From NCBI GenBank assembly GCA_902627935.1, contig CACOLA010000003.1, positions 93,171 through 157,170 of the forward strand: a stretch of DNA of 64,000 nt. Direction: 5' to 3'. This document shows positions 22,309-33,325 of this stretch, piece by piece. Origin of the DNA: an uncultured Pelagibacteraceae bacterium (GTDB lineage: Bacteria > Pseudomonadota > Alphaproteobacteria > Pelagibacterales > Pelagibacteraceae). Both the position numbers and the translations under genes were made by a program. The stretch's first letter is position 1. Every line of letters starts with the position of its first letter. The notes under the pieces are model-generated. The model saw nothing but the letters and a program-made list of their open reading frames with translations, searched no databases and had not been told where the DNA came from.

Positions 22309-22838
22309 TACAAAAAAAAAATTTAACCCCCTTAATTTTAGCAGGTATATTTATTATTATGTTAAGTTTATCTTTTGCTGCTGTCCCACTATACGATTTA
22401 TTTTGTAGAGTAACTGGCTTTGGTGGAACTACACAAAAGTCTAATACTGCTCCGAAAATAGTTTTGAATAAAATTGTGAGTGTGAGATTTGATACTAATG
22501 TAAATAATTTACCCTGGGAATTTAAGGCAAAAACTAATGTTATTGATGTAAAAGTTGGTCAAGTTAGTAAAATTGAATTTGAGGTAGAAAATTACGGTGA
22601 TGAGCCATCTGCTGGAGTTGCTAGTTTTAACGTATCGCCCGCAAGTTTTGGTAAATACTACAGTAAATTAGGTTGCTTTTGTTTTGAGAAACAAATGCTA
22701 AAAGCGGGAGAAAAAGCCACATATGTAATGACTTTTTATTTAGATCCCGAAATGATTAATGATCCAACAGTAAAAAACTTAGAAGATGTAACTATGTCTT
22801 ATACTTTTTTCTCGACAGATTATTATAAACAATCATAA
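22305..22838 (+). CDS. ctaG: cytochrome c oxidase assembly protein Cox11/CtaG
   Basis: AAVPLY..FCRVTGFGGT and CFCF copper motif. Confidence 0.96.
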   Translation: MIQKKNLTPLILAGIFIIMLSLSFAAVPLYDLFCRVTGFGGTTQKSNTAPKIVLNKIVSVRFDTNVNNLPWEFKAKTNVIDVKVGQVSKIEFEVENYGDEPSAGVASFNVSPASFGKYYSKLGCFCFEKQMLKAGEKATYVMTFYLDPEMINDPTVKNLEDVTMSYTFFSTDYYKQS

Positions 22839-22846
22839 TTAAAGAA

Positions 22847-23635
22847 ATGTCAGCCGAAAAAAAACATGATTATCATCTGGTAGACCCAAGTCCTTGGCCT
22901 ATATATGTTTCATTTTCATGTTTTATTTTAGCTATAGGATCAGTTTATTATCTTCATACAGATATTTCATGGGGCATGTATCTTGGTTTAGCTCTTTTAA
23001 TATATGGAGCTTACATGTGGTTTAGAGATGTTGTTATTGAAGCAGAACACCAAGGTCACCATACACCAGTTGTACAAATCCATCATAGATATGGAATGAC
23101 TTTGTTTATTGCGTCTGAGGTGATGTTCTTTGTTGCATGGTTTTGGGCATACTTTGATGTGAGTTTATTTCCAAACGAATTTGTTGGTAATGTATGGCCA
23201 CCTAAAGATATAGAGACATTTGATCCTTGGGATATTCCATTGATTAACACTTTGATATTATTATTATCAGGTACAACAGTTACTTGGTCGCATCACGCAT
23301 TAATTGAGGGTGATAGAAAAAGTTTTATTCAAGGCTTATGGCTAACAGTTATTTTAGGTTTTTGTTTTACTCTTTTACAGATTTATGAATATCAGCACGC
23401 TTCATTTTCTTTTTCAGACCATATTTATGGATCAGTGTTTTACATGGCAACAGGATTTCATGGCTTCCATGTACTTGTTGGAACTATATTTTTAGCTGTA
23501 TGTTTATTTAGGGGAAAACGTGGACATTTTACTAAAGATCATCATTTTGGTTTCGAAGCAGCTGCATGGTATTGGCACTTTGTTGATGTTGTTTGGTTAT
23601 TTTTGTTTGCTGCAATATATATTTGGGGAAGTTAA
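22847..23635 (+). CDS. coxC: cytochrome c oxidase subunit III
   Basis: HLVDPSPWP, FIASEVMFF, TGFHG.HV and WYWHFVD motifs. Confidence 0.97.
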   Translation: MSAEKKHDYHLVDPSPWPIYVSFSCFILAIGSVYYLHTDISWGMYLGLALLIYGAYMWFRDVVIEAEHQGHHTPVVQIHHRYGMTLFIASEVMFFVAWFWAYFDVSLFPNEFVGNVWPPKDIETFDPWDIPLINTLILLLSGTTVTWSHHALIEGDRKSFIQGLWLTVILGFCFTLLQIYEYQHASFSFSDHIYGSVFYMATGFHGFHVLVGTIFLAVCLFRGKRGHFTKDHHFGFEAAAWYWHFVDVVWLFLFAAIYIWGS

Positions 23636-23643
23636 TTTGATCA

Positions 23644-24297
23644 TTGAAACATAAGTTTTTATTTTCTGTTTTTATAATTTTCTTTATTCTCGTTTTTATT
23701 GGACTAGGCACATGGCAAATTATCCGCTTAAATTGGAAAAATAATCTAATTTTAGAGATTGAAAATTCGTTAAAAAATCCTCCAGTAGAATTATCTCAAT
23801 CAAAAAAAGAAAATTTTCTCAAAATTAAAACTGCAGGGTCTATAGATTTTGATAAACAAATTTATCTATATAATTTAAATGAGTCTGGTGCTCCTGGATT
23901 TGAAGTAATTAATCCAATTGTTATTGGTAATGAAAATTATTTAATTAATAGAGGTTGGATACCATTTGAAAAGAAGGGCACTCAAGAAATTAATGTATTT
24001 GATCAAAAAAATATTATTGGAACTTTGAAAATGCAAGGTAGAAAAAATATTTTTAAACCAGATAATGATTTGGTTGAAAACTACTGGTTTAGTTTAAACA
24101 GAGACGACGTCTTAAAATTTACAGGTAAAAATTTTTCAAAATATATTATTTACTTAGATGGAAATTATCAGTTTCCTAGACCAAAAAAAATTACTGCAAA
24201 TATTTCTAATAATCATAAAAAATATGCAATGACGTGGTTTTCATTAGCGATTTCAATTCTTTTATTATATCTATATTTTAGAAAAAAGAATTATTAA
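23644..24297 (+). CDS. SURF1 family protein
   Basis: LGTWQ..RL.WK, INRGWIP and NNH..YA.TWF motifs; TTG start. Confidence 0.93.
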   Translation: MKHKFLFSVFIIFFILVFIGLGTWQIIRLNWKNNLILEIENSLKNPPVELSQSKKENFLKIKTAGSIDFDKQIYLYNLNESGAPGFEVINPIVIGNENYLINRGWIPFEKKGTQEINVFDQKNIIGTLKMQGRKNIFKPDNDLVENYWFSLNRDDVLKFTGKNFSKYIIYLDGNYQFPRPKKITANISNNHKKYAMTWFSLAISILLLYLYFRKKNY

Positions 24298-25671
24298 ATG
24301 AATTATATTAGCACCAGGAACAACCAGAAGAACTTTACTTTTAAGGAAGTTTTTCTTAAAGGTCTAGCAGATGATGGAGGACTTTTTGTGCCTAAATCAA
24401 TTAAACAATATAAAAAAGAGGAATTAGATAATTTAAAAAGTCTTAGTTACAATGATTTAGCGGCCGAAATAATTTATCCATTTATAGGAGACTTCATGTC
24501 TAAGGATGATTTAATCTCTATGATTTCAAAATCATACTCAAATTTCAGATCTAATGACGTTGTAAAAATCTCTAATCTAGGAAGTCTAAAAGTTTTAGAA
24601 CTATTTCATGGTCCGACATTGGCCTTTAAAGATATCGCTATGCAATTAATAGGTAATTTTTATCAATATCATTTAGGCCGTGACCAAAAAAAAATTAATA
24701 TAATAGTGGCAACTTCAGGCGATACAGGTGCAGCTGCAATAGATGCTTTAAAAGGAAAAAGTAATTTAAATGTTTTCGTATTGCACCCAAATAATAAAAT
24801 TTCACAAGTACAAAGAAAATTAATGACGATACATGAAGATAACAATGTATTTAATATTGCAGTAGAAGGTAACTTTGATGATTGTCAAAATTTAGTGAAA
24901 GCAATGTTCAATGATGAAAAATTTTCTAAAGCAATAAATATGTCAGGTGTAAATTCAATTAATTGGGCAAGAATAATTGCTCAATCAGTTTATTATTTTT
25001 ATGCATACTTCAAAGTTGGAAATGGCGAACCTTTATCTTTTTGCGTACCAACTGGTAATTTTGGAGATATTTACGCTGGTTACTTAGCAAAAAAATTAGG
25101 TCTTCCTGTTGATAAATTAATCGTGGCTACAAATAAAAATGACATACTTCATAGAGCAATATCAGGCGGTGATTATACTCAAAAAAAAGTTGAGGAAACT
25201 AATACTCCAAGCATGGATATACAGATAGCAAGTAACTTCGAAAGACTTTTATATGATGTAAAAGATTGTGACTCTGAAGTTACAAAGGATGTAATGAGTA
25301 AAATAAAAGATAATTCCTTCAAAATTGACAAAAATGATTTAGATAAAATTAAAAAGAATTTTATATCTGAAATGCTTGATGAAAATGAAACTGTTGAAAT
25401 GATAAAGACAATTAATAATGAACACAAGATAGTAGTTGATCCGCATACAGCAGTTGGAATTGGTGCAGCAAGAAAACTAGGATTGGAAAAAAATTGTGTT
25501 GTTTTATCAACTGCTCACCCATGTAAATTTCCACAAGCAATAGAGGATGCAATCTCAAGAACTGAAGATTTGCCAGATAGTCTCAATTATGTTTATGATA
25601 GAAAAGAAAAATTCGAGCTTCTCCCTAATGACATTGAAAAAGTTAAGGGGTATGTAATGAATTCGATATGA
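24298..25671 (+). CDS. thrC: threonine synthase
   Basis: YISTR, ELFHGPTLAFKD, ATSGDTG, NSINWAR and VPTGNFG motifs. Confidence 0.97.
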   Translation: MNYISTRNNQKNFTFKEVFLKGLADDGGLFVPKSIKQYKKEELDNLKSLSYNDLAAEIIYPFIGDFMSKDDLISMISKSYSNFRSNDVVKISNLGSLKVLELFHGPTLAFKDIAMQLIGNFYQYHLGRDQKKINIIVATSGDTGAAAIDALKGKSNLNVFVLHPNNKISQVQRKLMTIHEDNNVFNIAVEGNFDDCQNLVKAMFNDEKFSKAINMSGVNSINWARIIAQSVYYFYAYFKVGNGEPLSFCVPTGNFGDIYAGYLAKKLGLPVDKLIVATNKNDILHRAISGGDYTQKKVEETNTPSMDIQIASNFERLLYDVKDCDSEVTKDVMSKIKDNSFKIDKNDLDKIKKNFISEMLDENETVEMIKTINNEHKIVVDPHTAVGIGAARKLGLEKNCVVLSTAHPCKFPQAIEDAISRTEDLPDSLNYVYDRKEKFELLPNDIEKVKGYVMNSI

Positions 25672-26156
25672 AAATAAAAATAAAAGATCAAATACCAGAC
25701 ATAGATATTTTTCATCTTGTTGATGGAGAGCCCCAAAAAAATAAATTAAGAGAAATCATTGGTAATGAGAAGATTATTTTATTCGGGCTACCTGGTGCAT
25801 TTACATCAACTTGTTCAAAACTTCATCTTCCAGGATTTGTAGCAAATGCGGATAAAATCAGAGCAAAAGGAATAAAAAGTATATTTTGTTTATCAGTAAA
25901 TGATCCTTATGTGATGAATGGCTGGGGAGAGATTAATAATACTGGAGATAAAATAAAAATGTTATCTGATCCATATTTATTATTCACGAAAGCAATTGGT
26001 GCAGAGGTTGATCGAAATTCAAAGGGAATGGGAATTAGATCTAATCGATATTTAATGGTGATTGAAAATTTCACACTTATTAATATTCATGTTGAAAAAG
26101 AAACTAAGGAATGTGGTTTAACTTCAGCAGAAAATTTACTGAATAATCTATTATGA
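25668..26156 (+). CDS. peroxiredoxin (Prx5/redoxin type)
   Basis: GLPGAFTSTCS..HLPG and SVND..VM..W motifs. Confidence 0.92.
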   Translation: MKIKIKDQIPDIDIFHLVDGEPQKNKLREIIGNEKIILFGLPGAFTSTCSKLHLPGFVANADKIRAKGIKSIFCLSVNDPYVMNGWGEINNTGDKIKMLSDPYLLFTKAIGAEVDRNSKGMGIRSNRYLMVIENFTLINIHVEKETKECGLTSAENLLNNLL

Positions 26157-26573
26157 GTCGGCAGCACTTCTAGCTAGTAAATCTACCTCATTATTCAATT
26201 CATCAGTTGAGTGAGCTTTTACCCAATTCCAACTTATTTCAAATTCATTATTAAGCAGATCTAATTTTGTCCAAAGTTCTTTATTGCTTACATCTTTTTT
26301 GTTTGCTGTTTTCCATCCATTTTTTTTCCAATTATTTATCCACTCTGTTATTCCAGATTTTACGTATTTAGAATCTGTAAAAATTTGGACTTTGCTACCC
26401 TTTGGAATTTCCTTAAGAGCTTTTATGGGTGCTAATAATTCCATCTGGTTATTTGTTGTATTTTTCTTACTTCCTTTTATCTCAGTTTTTTTTCCATTAT
26501 CTAAAATGATTGCTGCCCATCCACCTTTGCCTGGATTTCCAATACATGAGCCATCAGTATAAATTTTTATCAT
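26151..26573 (-). CDS. rnhA: ribonuclease HI
   Basis: YTDGSC.GNPG.GG, TTNNQMEL, TDSKYV and WVKAH motifs. Confidence 0.96.
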   Translation of the reverse strand: MIKIYTDGSCIGNPGKGGWAAIILDNGKKTEIKGSKKNTTNNQMELLAPIKALKEIPKGSKVQIFTDSKYVKSGITEWINNWKKNGWKTANKKDVSNKELWTKLDLLNNEFEISWNWVKAHSTDELNNEVDLLARSAADS

Positions 26574-26576
26574 TAT

Positions 26577-27539
26577 TTAGAAGTAATCTTTGTAAGCTCT
26601 TAATTTGTTATGAATTACCAGCTTTTGATAATATTCTCTTGGGTTCTTTATTTTTATTAATGCTGTCTTAGGTGTATTTGTATAATCATATAGTCTTGTC
26701 AGAAAATATCTTAAAGCAGCACCTCGACAAAGAACATTCAATGATCTTTTTTCTTTAATTGAAATTTTCTTTATTTTTTCATACCCCCTGATTAAGTTCG
26801 CCACTTTTTTCTTATTAAGGTAAAATTTAGAATTTAATTGGTCAAAGCACAATGCATTTATACAAATTGCTATTTCGTACATAAAAAAATCATTTGCAGC
26901 AAAATAAAAATCAATTATCCCAGATAATTTATTGTTTTTAAAAAAAATGTTATCAATAAACAAATCTCCATGAATGATTCCTTTTGGGAGCTGTTTTGGC
27001 CAATTTTTTTTAATGCTCTGAAAGTTCGTTTTTAAAAATTTTTCTAAGTTTTTAAATTCTCTTGATCTAAACTTAATCTTTTTAAGTAATGGATTAAGTT
27101 TAACTATGCTCATAGAATTACCTCTATAAAGTTTTAATTTTTTTGTAGATAAATGTATTTGGGCGATTGCTTTTCCTATTTCATAACAATTTTTATAATT
27201 TAATTTTTTTTTATCTTTCCCTTTCAGAAATGTAACAATACATGCCGTTTTATTCTTTAATGTTATTAAAAATTTTCCACTTTTATTTTTCAGTGGTTTA
27301 GGGCAATTTATATCTAGATCACTTAGTTGATCCATTAATTTCATAAAAAAAGGTATTTCTTTTTTTAAAACTCTTTTTTCAAATATTGTAAGAATAAATT
27401 TTTTATTTTTTGATCTTAATAAATAATTAGTATTTTCTATTCCTTTTTTAATACCTTTAAAGCTTGTAATTTTTTCTATTTCAAATTTTTTATTAATATA
27501 AGAAATATCTTTATTAACGATTTTTGTATATACAGCCAT
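26577..27539 (-). CDS. thrB: homoserine kinase (type II, APH-like)
   Basis: MAVYT, GIENTNY, IHGDLF.DN and IDFYFA motifs; ispH-thrB-rnhA gene order. Confidence 0.93.
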   Translation of the reverse strand: MAVYTKIVNKDISYINKKFEIEKITSFKGIKKGIENTNYLLRSKNKKFILTIFEKRVLKKEIPFFMKLMDQLSDLDINCPKPLKNKSGKFLITLKNKTACIVTFLKGKDKKKLNYKNCYEIGKAIAQIHLSTKKLKLYRGNSMSIVKLNPLLKKIKFRSREFKNLEKFLKTNFQSIKKNWPKQLPKGIIHGDLFIDNIFFKNNKLSGIIDFYFAANDFFMYEIAICINALCFDQLNSKFYLNKKKVANLIRGYEKIKKISIKEKRSLNVLCRGAALRYFLTRLYDYTNTPKTALIKIKNPREYYQKLVIHNKLRAYKDYF

Positions 27540-27540
27540 T

Positions 27541-28485
27541 TTAGTTTAATTTTTTCGGAACTTTGAAAACAACATCTTCTTTAATGATTTCAACTTCGTC
27601 TATTGTGACTGTAAATTTGTTTTTTAACTCATTTATAAAATTATCAACTAAAACTTCTGGAGCAGAAGCTCCTGATGAAATACCTATTGTGTTTGATGCT
27701 TTAATTAAATCAAATGGTATTTCACTTTTTGAATGTATTAATTGAGAATTAGAGCAACCAGACTTTTTAGCAACTTCAACTAATCTTACTGAATTAGACG
27801 AATTTCTGCTACCTATTACAAAAAATAAATCACACATTTTTGCAATATTTTTAACAGCCATTTGTCTGTTTGTTGTAGCATAGCAAATGTCTTCTTTAAC
27901 AGGTTCCTTTATACCAGGAAATTTATCTCTTAAGATTTGAATTATATCTTTTGTATCATCAACAGATAATGTTGTTTGTGTAACATACGAAATTTTTTTA
28001 TTATTTTCAGCTTTATATTTTTTAGCCTCCTCCTCATTTTGAATTAGATCAATTGAACCTTTAGGTAATTGACCCATAGTACCAACAACTTCAGGGTGAT
28101 TTTGGTGTCCTATTAAAATTAAATGGTATCCAGCTTTATGTAAATTTTCAGCCTCTCTATGTACTTTTGATACTAATGGACATGTTGCGTCAACATAAGT
28201 CATGTTATAATTCTTAGCGTCCTCTGGTATTTTTTTTGGAACACCATGTGCTGAAAATATAACTGGTCGTGTTTTATCTTGAATCTCTTCAAGTTCTTCC
28301 ACAAAAATAGCCCCCTTTTTTTTTAAATCATCAACAACATATTTATTATGCACAATTTCATGACGAACATAAACTGGAGCACCATATTTTTGGATGGATT
28401 TTTCGACAATTTCTATAGCTCTTTCTACACCTGCACAAAAGCCTCTTGGCGCAGAAAGTAATATCTTTAAATTTTTATTTTTCAT
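27541..28485 (-). CDS. ispH: 4-hydroxy-3-methylbut-2-enyl diphosphate reductase
   Basis: PRGFCAGV.RA, IVHN, SAHG, DATCPLV, ICYAT.NRQ and SSNS motifs; ATG at 28485 preferred. Confidence 0.97.
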   Translation of the reverse strand: MKNKNLKILLSAPRGFCAGVERAIEIVEKSIQKYGAPVYVRHEIVHNKYVVDDLKKKGAIFVEELEEIQDKTRPVIFSAHGVPKKIPEDAKNYNMTYVDATCPLVSKVHREAENLHKAGYHLILIGHQNHPEVVGTMGQLPKGSIDLIQNEEEAKKYKAENNKKISYVTQTTLSVDDTKDIIQILRDKFPGIKEPVKEDICYATTNRQMAVKNIAKMCDLFFVIGSRNSSNSVRLVEVAKKSGCSNSQLIHSKSEIPFDLIKASNTIGISSGASAPEVLVDNFINELKNKFTVTIDEVEIIKEDVVFKVPKKLN

Positions 28486-29410
28486 TTTTCTCAATTAAAT
28501 ATTCAAGCAATATATGTGGAAAGGTTAAAGACGCCAAACCTATAAATATTATTTTAATAATTGAACTATCAAAATTAAAGGTATTATTAAGCAAATAAAG
28601 GCCAATCAAACAAAAAATAGCCGTTAGAATTGTTAGAGGCAAAGCTTTTTTTGTAAAAATTTTAAAACCATTTCTTAGATCATTATTATCTAGCTCAGAC
28701 ATCAAAGAAATAATGTGTCTAATAGAATGTAAAAAACAAAAATAAATTGTAAAAGCTGCTAACGGTGAAAAATAATAGTTAATTATAATAATAGAAAAAT
28801 AATCTAAAAAAATTATGAATTTTTTTAATTCAAATTGTTTAGAAAATAATAAAATATTGGATAGAGTTGAAAGAATAATACCATAAAGCAATATGTTGTT
28901 AGTTTCTACAAAATTTAAAAAATTATAAAAAGCTTCATCATCAATTAATAATAATTTGAAAATTGAAATCGTTTCATCAAAGTGAAAATATAATGGAGCA
29001 AAAACAATTAAAGATCCTTTAAGAAAAAACAATAACTGATTATAAAAAGAATTTTCAATAATTAAAAATTGAGTATCTTCTTTCCCAAAATGGTATGAAG
29101 CTACTATTAAAAAAATCATTAAAGAAATATATGGCACGATTATCCATAAAATAATTATTAAAAGAGCAATTAAAATATATGACAAATAAAAAATAAAAAA
29201 ATTACTTATCCCAAAAATTTGAAAAAGTTTTTTTCCTTTTAAATTATCAAGAGACCCGTGAGATATACCAATACTTAAAATTAAGAATAGGCAAATTATT
29301 GGAGAAATTGAAAGAATGTTTAATTTAAAAGCTGTTAAAGAAAAAATATTACAAAGTAAAAAAAAAACAATAGAATGATTAAAATTTATTTTTTTAATTT
29401 TGTTATTCAT
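28475..29410 (-). CDS. blh: beta-carotene 15,15'-dioxygenase (Brp/Blh)
   Basis: Polytopic membrane protein with GISHGSLD, YHFG, FLHSIRH and LTFPH His motifs; follows crtY. Confidence 0.92.
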   Translation of the reverse strand: MNNKIKKINFNHSIVFFLLCNIFSLTAFKLNILSISPIICLFLILSIGISHGSLDNLKGKKLFQIFGISNFFIFYLSYILIALLIIILWIIVPYISLMIFLIVASYHFGKEDTQFLIIENSFYNQLLFFLKGSLIVFAPLYFHFDETISIFKLLLIDDEAFYNFLNFVETNNILLYGIILSTLSNILLFSKQFELKKFIIFLDYFSIIIINYYFSPLAAFTIYFCFLHSIRHIISLMSELDNNDLRNGFKIFTKKALPLTILTAIFCLIGLYLLNNTFNFDSSIIKIIFIGLASLTFPHILLEYLIEKNEK

Positions 29411-29422
29411 TTATGTACATAA

Positions 29423-30490
29423 CTAGTAAAATAATGCTTTAATAAAAGTCAATTTAGGCATTCTAAAAATTATAGATAATTCCTCAAAAAAATTACTTTT
29501 ATTAGACAAAAATTTTATAACAGTCTTTGGTGAAGCCTTAAACATTTTAAAAAATATATCAGGCATTTTTTCAGGATGTTTTTCAAGAACTCTAAGAAAT
29601 ATTTCATCTAAAAATTGATATTTTGCATCAATTTTATATTTTTTAACATTAGAAATATTCTCAATATTCTCTCTAATATATTTACTGTGTTCTTGTATGT
29701 TGAGAAAAGTGTAACCTGTGCTCAATCTCGTCATTCCACCAGCAGTCCCGATATTTATTTTGTTTTTTTCATTTTTGTCTATTGGATAAAATAAAGGTAT
29801 AGCACCTTCTTCTCTATAAATTATCTTGTAATTTTTTAAATTTAGATGATTTTCAATATAGTCTTTAATTTGTTTATCATAATCTTTTTTAGAATTATCA
29901 TTTACTTTAGATAACCAAGTTGTTTCAACCAGAGCTGTATTTTTGGAGTAGGGTAATGTGTAAAAAAAATGAACACTTTCTCTCTGATCACAATCAAAGT
30001 CCATAAGATTAAAAATTTCATCATCAAAAAAATCATCTTGAGTTTCGATTTCTACACCACAAAAATGTTGCCAAAGATTTCGATGATCCTCTTTAATATA
30101 TGGAACACTATTAAAGATAAAACCACTCTTTAAATTAATTTCACTTACATCTTTAAAGAGAAAAATATTCTTATTTTCTCTCAATTTGTTATTAATTTTT
30201 TCATAGAATAATCCACTGTCAATACTTTGATAGGGAAAATTTTTACAATCTAAATAATTAGTTTTTTCTGGAATATTAATTGAAAAGTTTTTCCAATTCT
30301 TCTTTACACAATCATCAAAGTTGTGAGATGCAACTTTCCAAAAAGACCAAGTTTTATCTCTTTTGTATTCATCTCTTGGCTCTATGATCGCTAAAGATTT
30401 GTCCTTAAGTTTTTCATGAATTTCTAATTCATATGCTAAAGATAAACCAGCGCAGCCCCCACCAATAATGACATAGTCAAATTCTTTCAT
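29423..30490 (-). CDS. crtY: lycopene beta-cyclase
   Basis: GGGCAGLSLA, DKTWSFW, LMDF, F.Y.LP and GTAGG....STGY motifs. Confidence 0.9.
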   Translation of the reverse strand: MKEFDYVIIGGGCAGLSLAYELEIHEKLKDKSLAIIEPRDEYKRDKTWSFWKVASHNFDDCVKKNWKNFSINIPEKTNYLDCKNFPYQSIDSGLFYEKINNKLRENKNIFLFKDVSEINLKSGFIFNSVPYIKEDHRNLWQHFCGVEIETQDDFFDDEIFNLMDFDCDQRESVHFFYTLPYSKNTALVETTWLSKVNDNSKKDYDKQIKDYIENHLNLKNYKIIYREEGAIPLFYPIDKNEKNKINIGTAGGMTRLSTGYTFLNIQEHSKYIRENIENISNVKKYKIDAKYQFLDEIFLRVLEKHPEKMPDIFFKMFKASPKTVIKFLSNKSNFFEELSIIFRMPKLTFIKALFY

Positions 30491-31328
30491 TTAAATTTAT
30501 TTCCTCATTTATTAAAGAATGGTCATGTTGTATTTGATCTTCTTTAATATTGATTAAAGATAACTTTATAAGATCAAAAATTGCTAAAAGAGTCTCAAAA
30601 ATTTTTTCAATATTGGATACGTAAATTTTTCCAGAATTTTTATAGTTTTCAAATGTTTTTTTATTAAGAATATTATAACCTATTTTTCGGTAGATCCTTC
30701 TAGCTACTAAAATTGAAAATCTAAAACTTATTGGAATGTCTTTTATTGAGTAAAAAGAATTCTTATAAAAAGTATCAGCAAGATCTATAGTTGATGAAAT
30801 TTCCTCAAAATTGTTATTTATATAAAATCTATTTATTTTTGAATCCTCAATCACGTCTCTTGATATATTTGTAAGTTGCATAGCGACACCGAGATCAATA
30901 GCTGACTTAAGAGAGCTTTTTTTATCAACTTTAAAAATTTTTGCCATCATTAAACCAACAGTTCCAGCGACTTTATAAGAATAAATCAAAAGATCTTTTT
31001 TTGAATTCAATATCACCTTTTCTTTAATATCTGATCTTATACCATCTAACAGATCCTCGATAATTTTTACTGAAATTTTAAACTCATCAATAAGATCCCA
31101 CATATTCTTAACAATTGAATTATCAAAATTTTTTTGCATGAAATCTTTTTCAAATTGATTGAATTTAATTTCTTTAACTTCTAATTTTTCTTTATCATCT
31201 GCAATGTTGTCGGCAACTCTACAAAAATCATACAGTGCAGAACATTTGTTATATGTTTTTTTAGGTAAAAAAAAACCTGCCCAACTAAAAGATTTCGCGT
31301 AAACTGATAAGTAGTTTTTATTAGACAT
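30477..31328 (-). CDS. crtB: phytoene synthase
   Basis: KSF, LYDFCR..DNIAD, Y.VAGTVG and AMQLTNISRDV.ED motifs. Confidence 0.95.
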   Translation of the reverse strand: MSNKNYLSVYAKSFSWAGFFLPKKTYNKCSALYDFCRVADNIADDKEKLEVKEIKFNQFEKDFMQKNFDNSIVKNMWDLIDEFKISVKIIEDLLDGIRSDIKEKVILNSKKDLLIYSYKVAGTVGLMMAKIFKVDKKSSLKSAIDLGVAMQLTNISRDVIEDSKINRFYINNNFEEISSTIDLADTFYKNSFYSIKDIPISFRFSILVARRIYRKIGYNILNKKTFENYKNSGKIYVSNIEKIFETLLAIFDLIKLSLINIKEDQIQHDHSLINEEINLNERI

Positions 31329-32788
31329 TATAAAATTTTATCTAATACTTTGGCTGATGAAAGTACTCCAGGCACACCTGCTCCAGGATGTGTTCCTGCA
31401 CCAACAAAATAAAGTCCTTTATATATTTCAGACTTATTATGAAATCTAAAATATGCAGATTGTGAAAATTTTGGTTGGATTGAAAAACCTGAACCATATT
31501 TTGTATTTAAATCTTTTTCAAAATAATCAGGGGTCAAATAAAAATCTTCAACAATATTATTTCTAAGATTTGGCATTAAATCTTCTTGCATTTTATCAAT
31601 TACTAAATTTTTCATTTTTTCTCCCTCAACAGACCAATCAATTTTGGATTGATTATTTGGTACTGGAACCAAAACATAAAAACAATCATTATTTTTGGGA
31701 GCCATAGCTTCATCTGTTGCAGATGGTCTATGAAGATAATAACTTATATCTTCGTTTAGTTTTTTATTATTAAAAATGTCGTCTAAATGCTCTTTGTATT
31801 TGTTTCCAAACTTAATGGTATGATGTTCAATATTTTCGTATTTTTTTTTTGTACCAAAGTAATAAACAAATAATCCCATTGAATACTCCATTCTGCTTTT
31901 TTTCCACTTAAAAATAAGTGAATTACTGGTATTTCCATTTAACATCTTCTCGTAAACTGCAGGAGGATCAGCATTACAAATTACATTGTTGGATTGTATC
32001 ATTGTTTGATCATCTAATTGGATACCAGTAATTTTTTTTTTGTTTGAAATGATTTTGATAACTTCGCGACCTTTGATTATTTTTATCCCAACTTCATTCA
32101 TTAATTTTTCAAAACCTTTAATTATATTTCCTGTTCCACCCATTGAGTAATGAATACCCCACTTTTTTTCTAAGTATAAAATTAATCCATAGATTGAAGT
32201 GGTAGTAAAAGGATTTCCCCCAACTAATAATGGATGCATACTAAACATTCTTCTCAATTTTTCATTTTTAATATACGAGGAGACTAAAGAGTATACAGAT
32301 TTATAACTTTTAAGTTTTAACAAAGCTGGTAATTGTTGCATCATTACAAAAGGTTTATCAAATGGTACATCGGCAAGCTCCGTGAAACCTTTATCAAAAA
32401 TTTTTTTTGTAAAATTAACTAATTTTTCATAACCCTCAACATCTTTTTCATTCATCTTTTTTATTTGTTTTTTCATCTCTGGTTCGTCACCAGAATAATT
32501 AAATTTTGATTTATCTTCAAAAATAAATTGATACCAAACTTTTAGAGGTGTAATTTTTATATAATCTTTTGGATCTTTTTGAAATAATTCAAATAGCTCA
32601 TTTATCAAATATGGTGCAGTTATTACTGTGGGGCCACCATCATAAATGAAGCCATTTTTTTTAAATACTCTGGCTCTTCCTCCCAGATCTGGATGTTTCT
32701 CAATTAAAGTAACTTCATGCCCTCTAGCTCTTAAACGAAGAGCGGCAGCTATACCCCCAAAACCTGAACCTATTACAACTGAATTCAT
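31328..32788 (-). CDS. crtI: phytoene desaturase
   Basis: GSGFGG...A.RL, GGRA, DGGPTVIT and YFVGAGTHPGAGVPGV motifs. Confidence 0.96.
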   Translation of the reverse strand: MNSVVIGSGFGGIAAALRLRARGHEVTLIEKHPDLGGRARVFKKNGFIYDGGPTVITAPYLINELFELFQKDPKDYIKITPLKVWYQFIFEDKSKFNYSGDEPEMKKQIKKMNEKDVEGYEKLVNFTKKIFDKGFTELADVPFDKPFVMMQQLPALLKLKSYKSVYSLVSSYIKNEKLRRMFSMHPLLVGGNPFTTTSIYGLILYLEKKWGIHYSMGGTGNIIKGFEKLMNEVGIKIIKGREVIKIISNKKKITGIQLDDQTMIQSNNVICNADPPAVYEKMLNGNTSNSLIFKWKKSRMEYSMGLFVYYFGTKKKYENIEHHTIKFGNKYKEHLDDIFNNKKLNEDISYYLHRPSATDEAMAPKNNDCFYVLVPVPNNQSKIDWSVEGEKMKNLVIDKMQEDLMPNLRNNIVEDFYLTPDYFEKDLNTKYGSGFSIQPKFSQSAYFRFHNKSEIYKGLYFVGAGTHPGAGVPGVLSSAKVLDKIL

Positions 32789-32827
32789 TTTGATAACTTA
32801 TAGTTTTTTAGAAAAATTGTAAGACTA

Positions 32828-33325
32828 TTATGAATTAATTTTTTTTAATTCCTCTTTTGTTTCATCTAAATTTTTTTGAAATAAATTATCTAATTTAGAA
32901 GTATCAACTGATGTAGTTATAATCTTTTTAACTGAATCTACTGCAATTTTTATGGAAGTATCTTTAATCTCCTTAATTGCATTTTCTTTCATTTGATTAA
33001 TTTTGTTCTCCGCTAATTTTTTTTTTAAATCTGAGGATTTATGAAATTTTTCGTTAAGCTCAATAATTAATTTATCGCTTTCTCTTTTGGCTTCATCCAG
33101 GATACCTTTTTTAACATCTTCTGCTTTATCAAGTCTATTTTGAGAATTTTCTAGTAATGTTTTTGCCTCTGTTCTAAGTTTTTCACTTTCATCTATTTCA
33201 TTTTTAATATCTAAAATAAGTTTATTAAGTATTTCATTAATTTTATGCGGAACTTTAAGATAGATTAATCCTCCAAAAAAAATAATAAATGATATAGCTA
33301 CCCAAAATGTTGAATCAATTACCAT
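32828..33325 (-). CDS. atpF: ATP synthase F0 subunit b
   Basis: N-terminal TM (FWVAISF) plus coiled coil; position in the F0 operon. Confidence 0.9.
   Translation of the reverse strand: MVIDSTFWVAISFIIFFGGLIYLKVPHKINEILNKLILDIKNEIDESEKLRTEAKTLLENSQNRLDKAEDVKKGILDEAKRESDKLIIELNEKFHKSSDLKKKLAENKINQMKENAIKEIKDTSIKIAVDSVKKIITTSVDTSKLDNLFQKNLDETKEELKKINS

Noticed and set aside
22110-22313. 67-aa minus-strand ORF over the ctaB-ctaG gap
   Set aside because: It is the antisense shadow of the better-supported plus-strand 41-aa ORF with double ATGA coupling.
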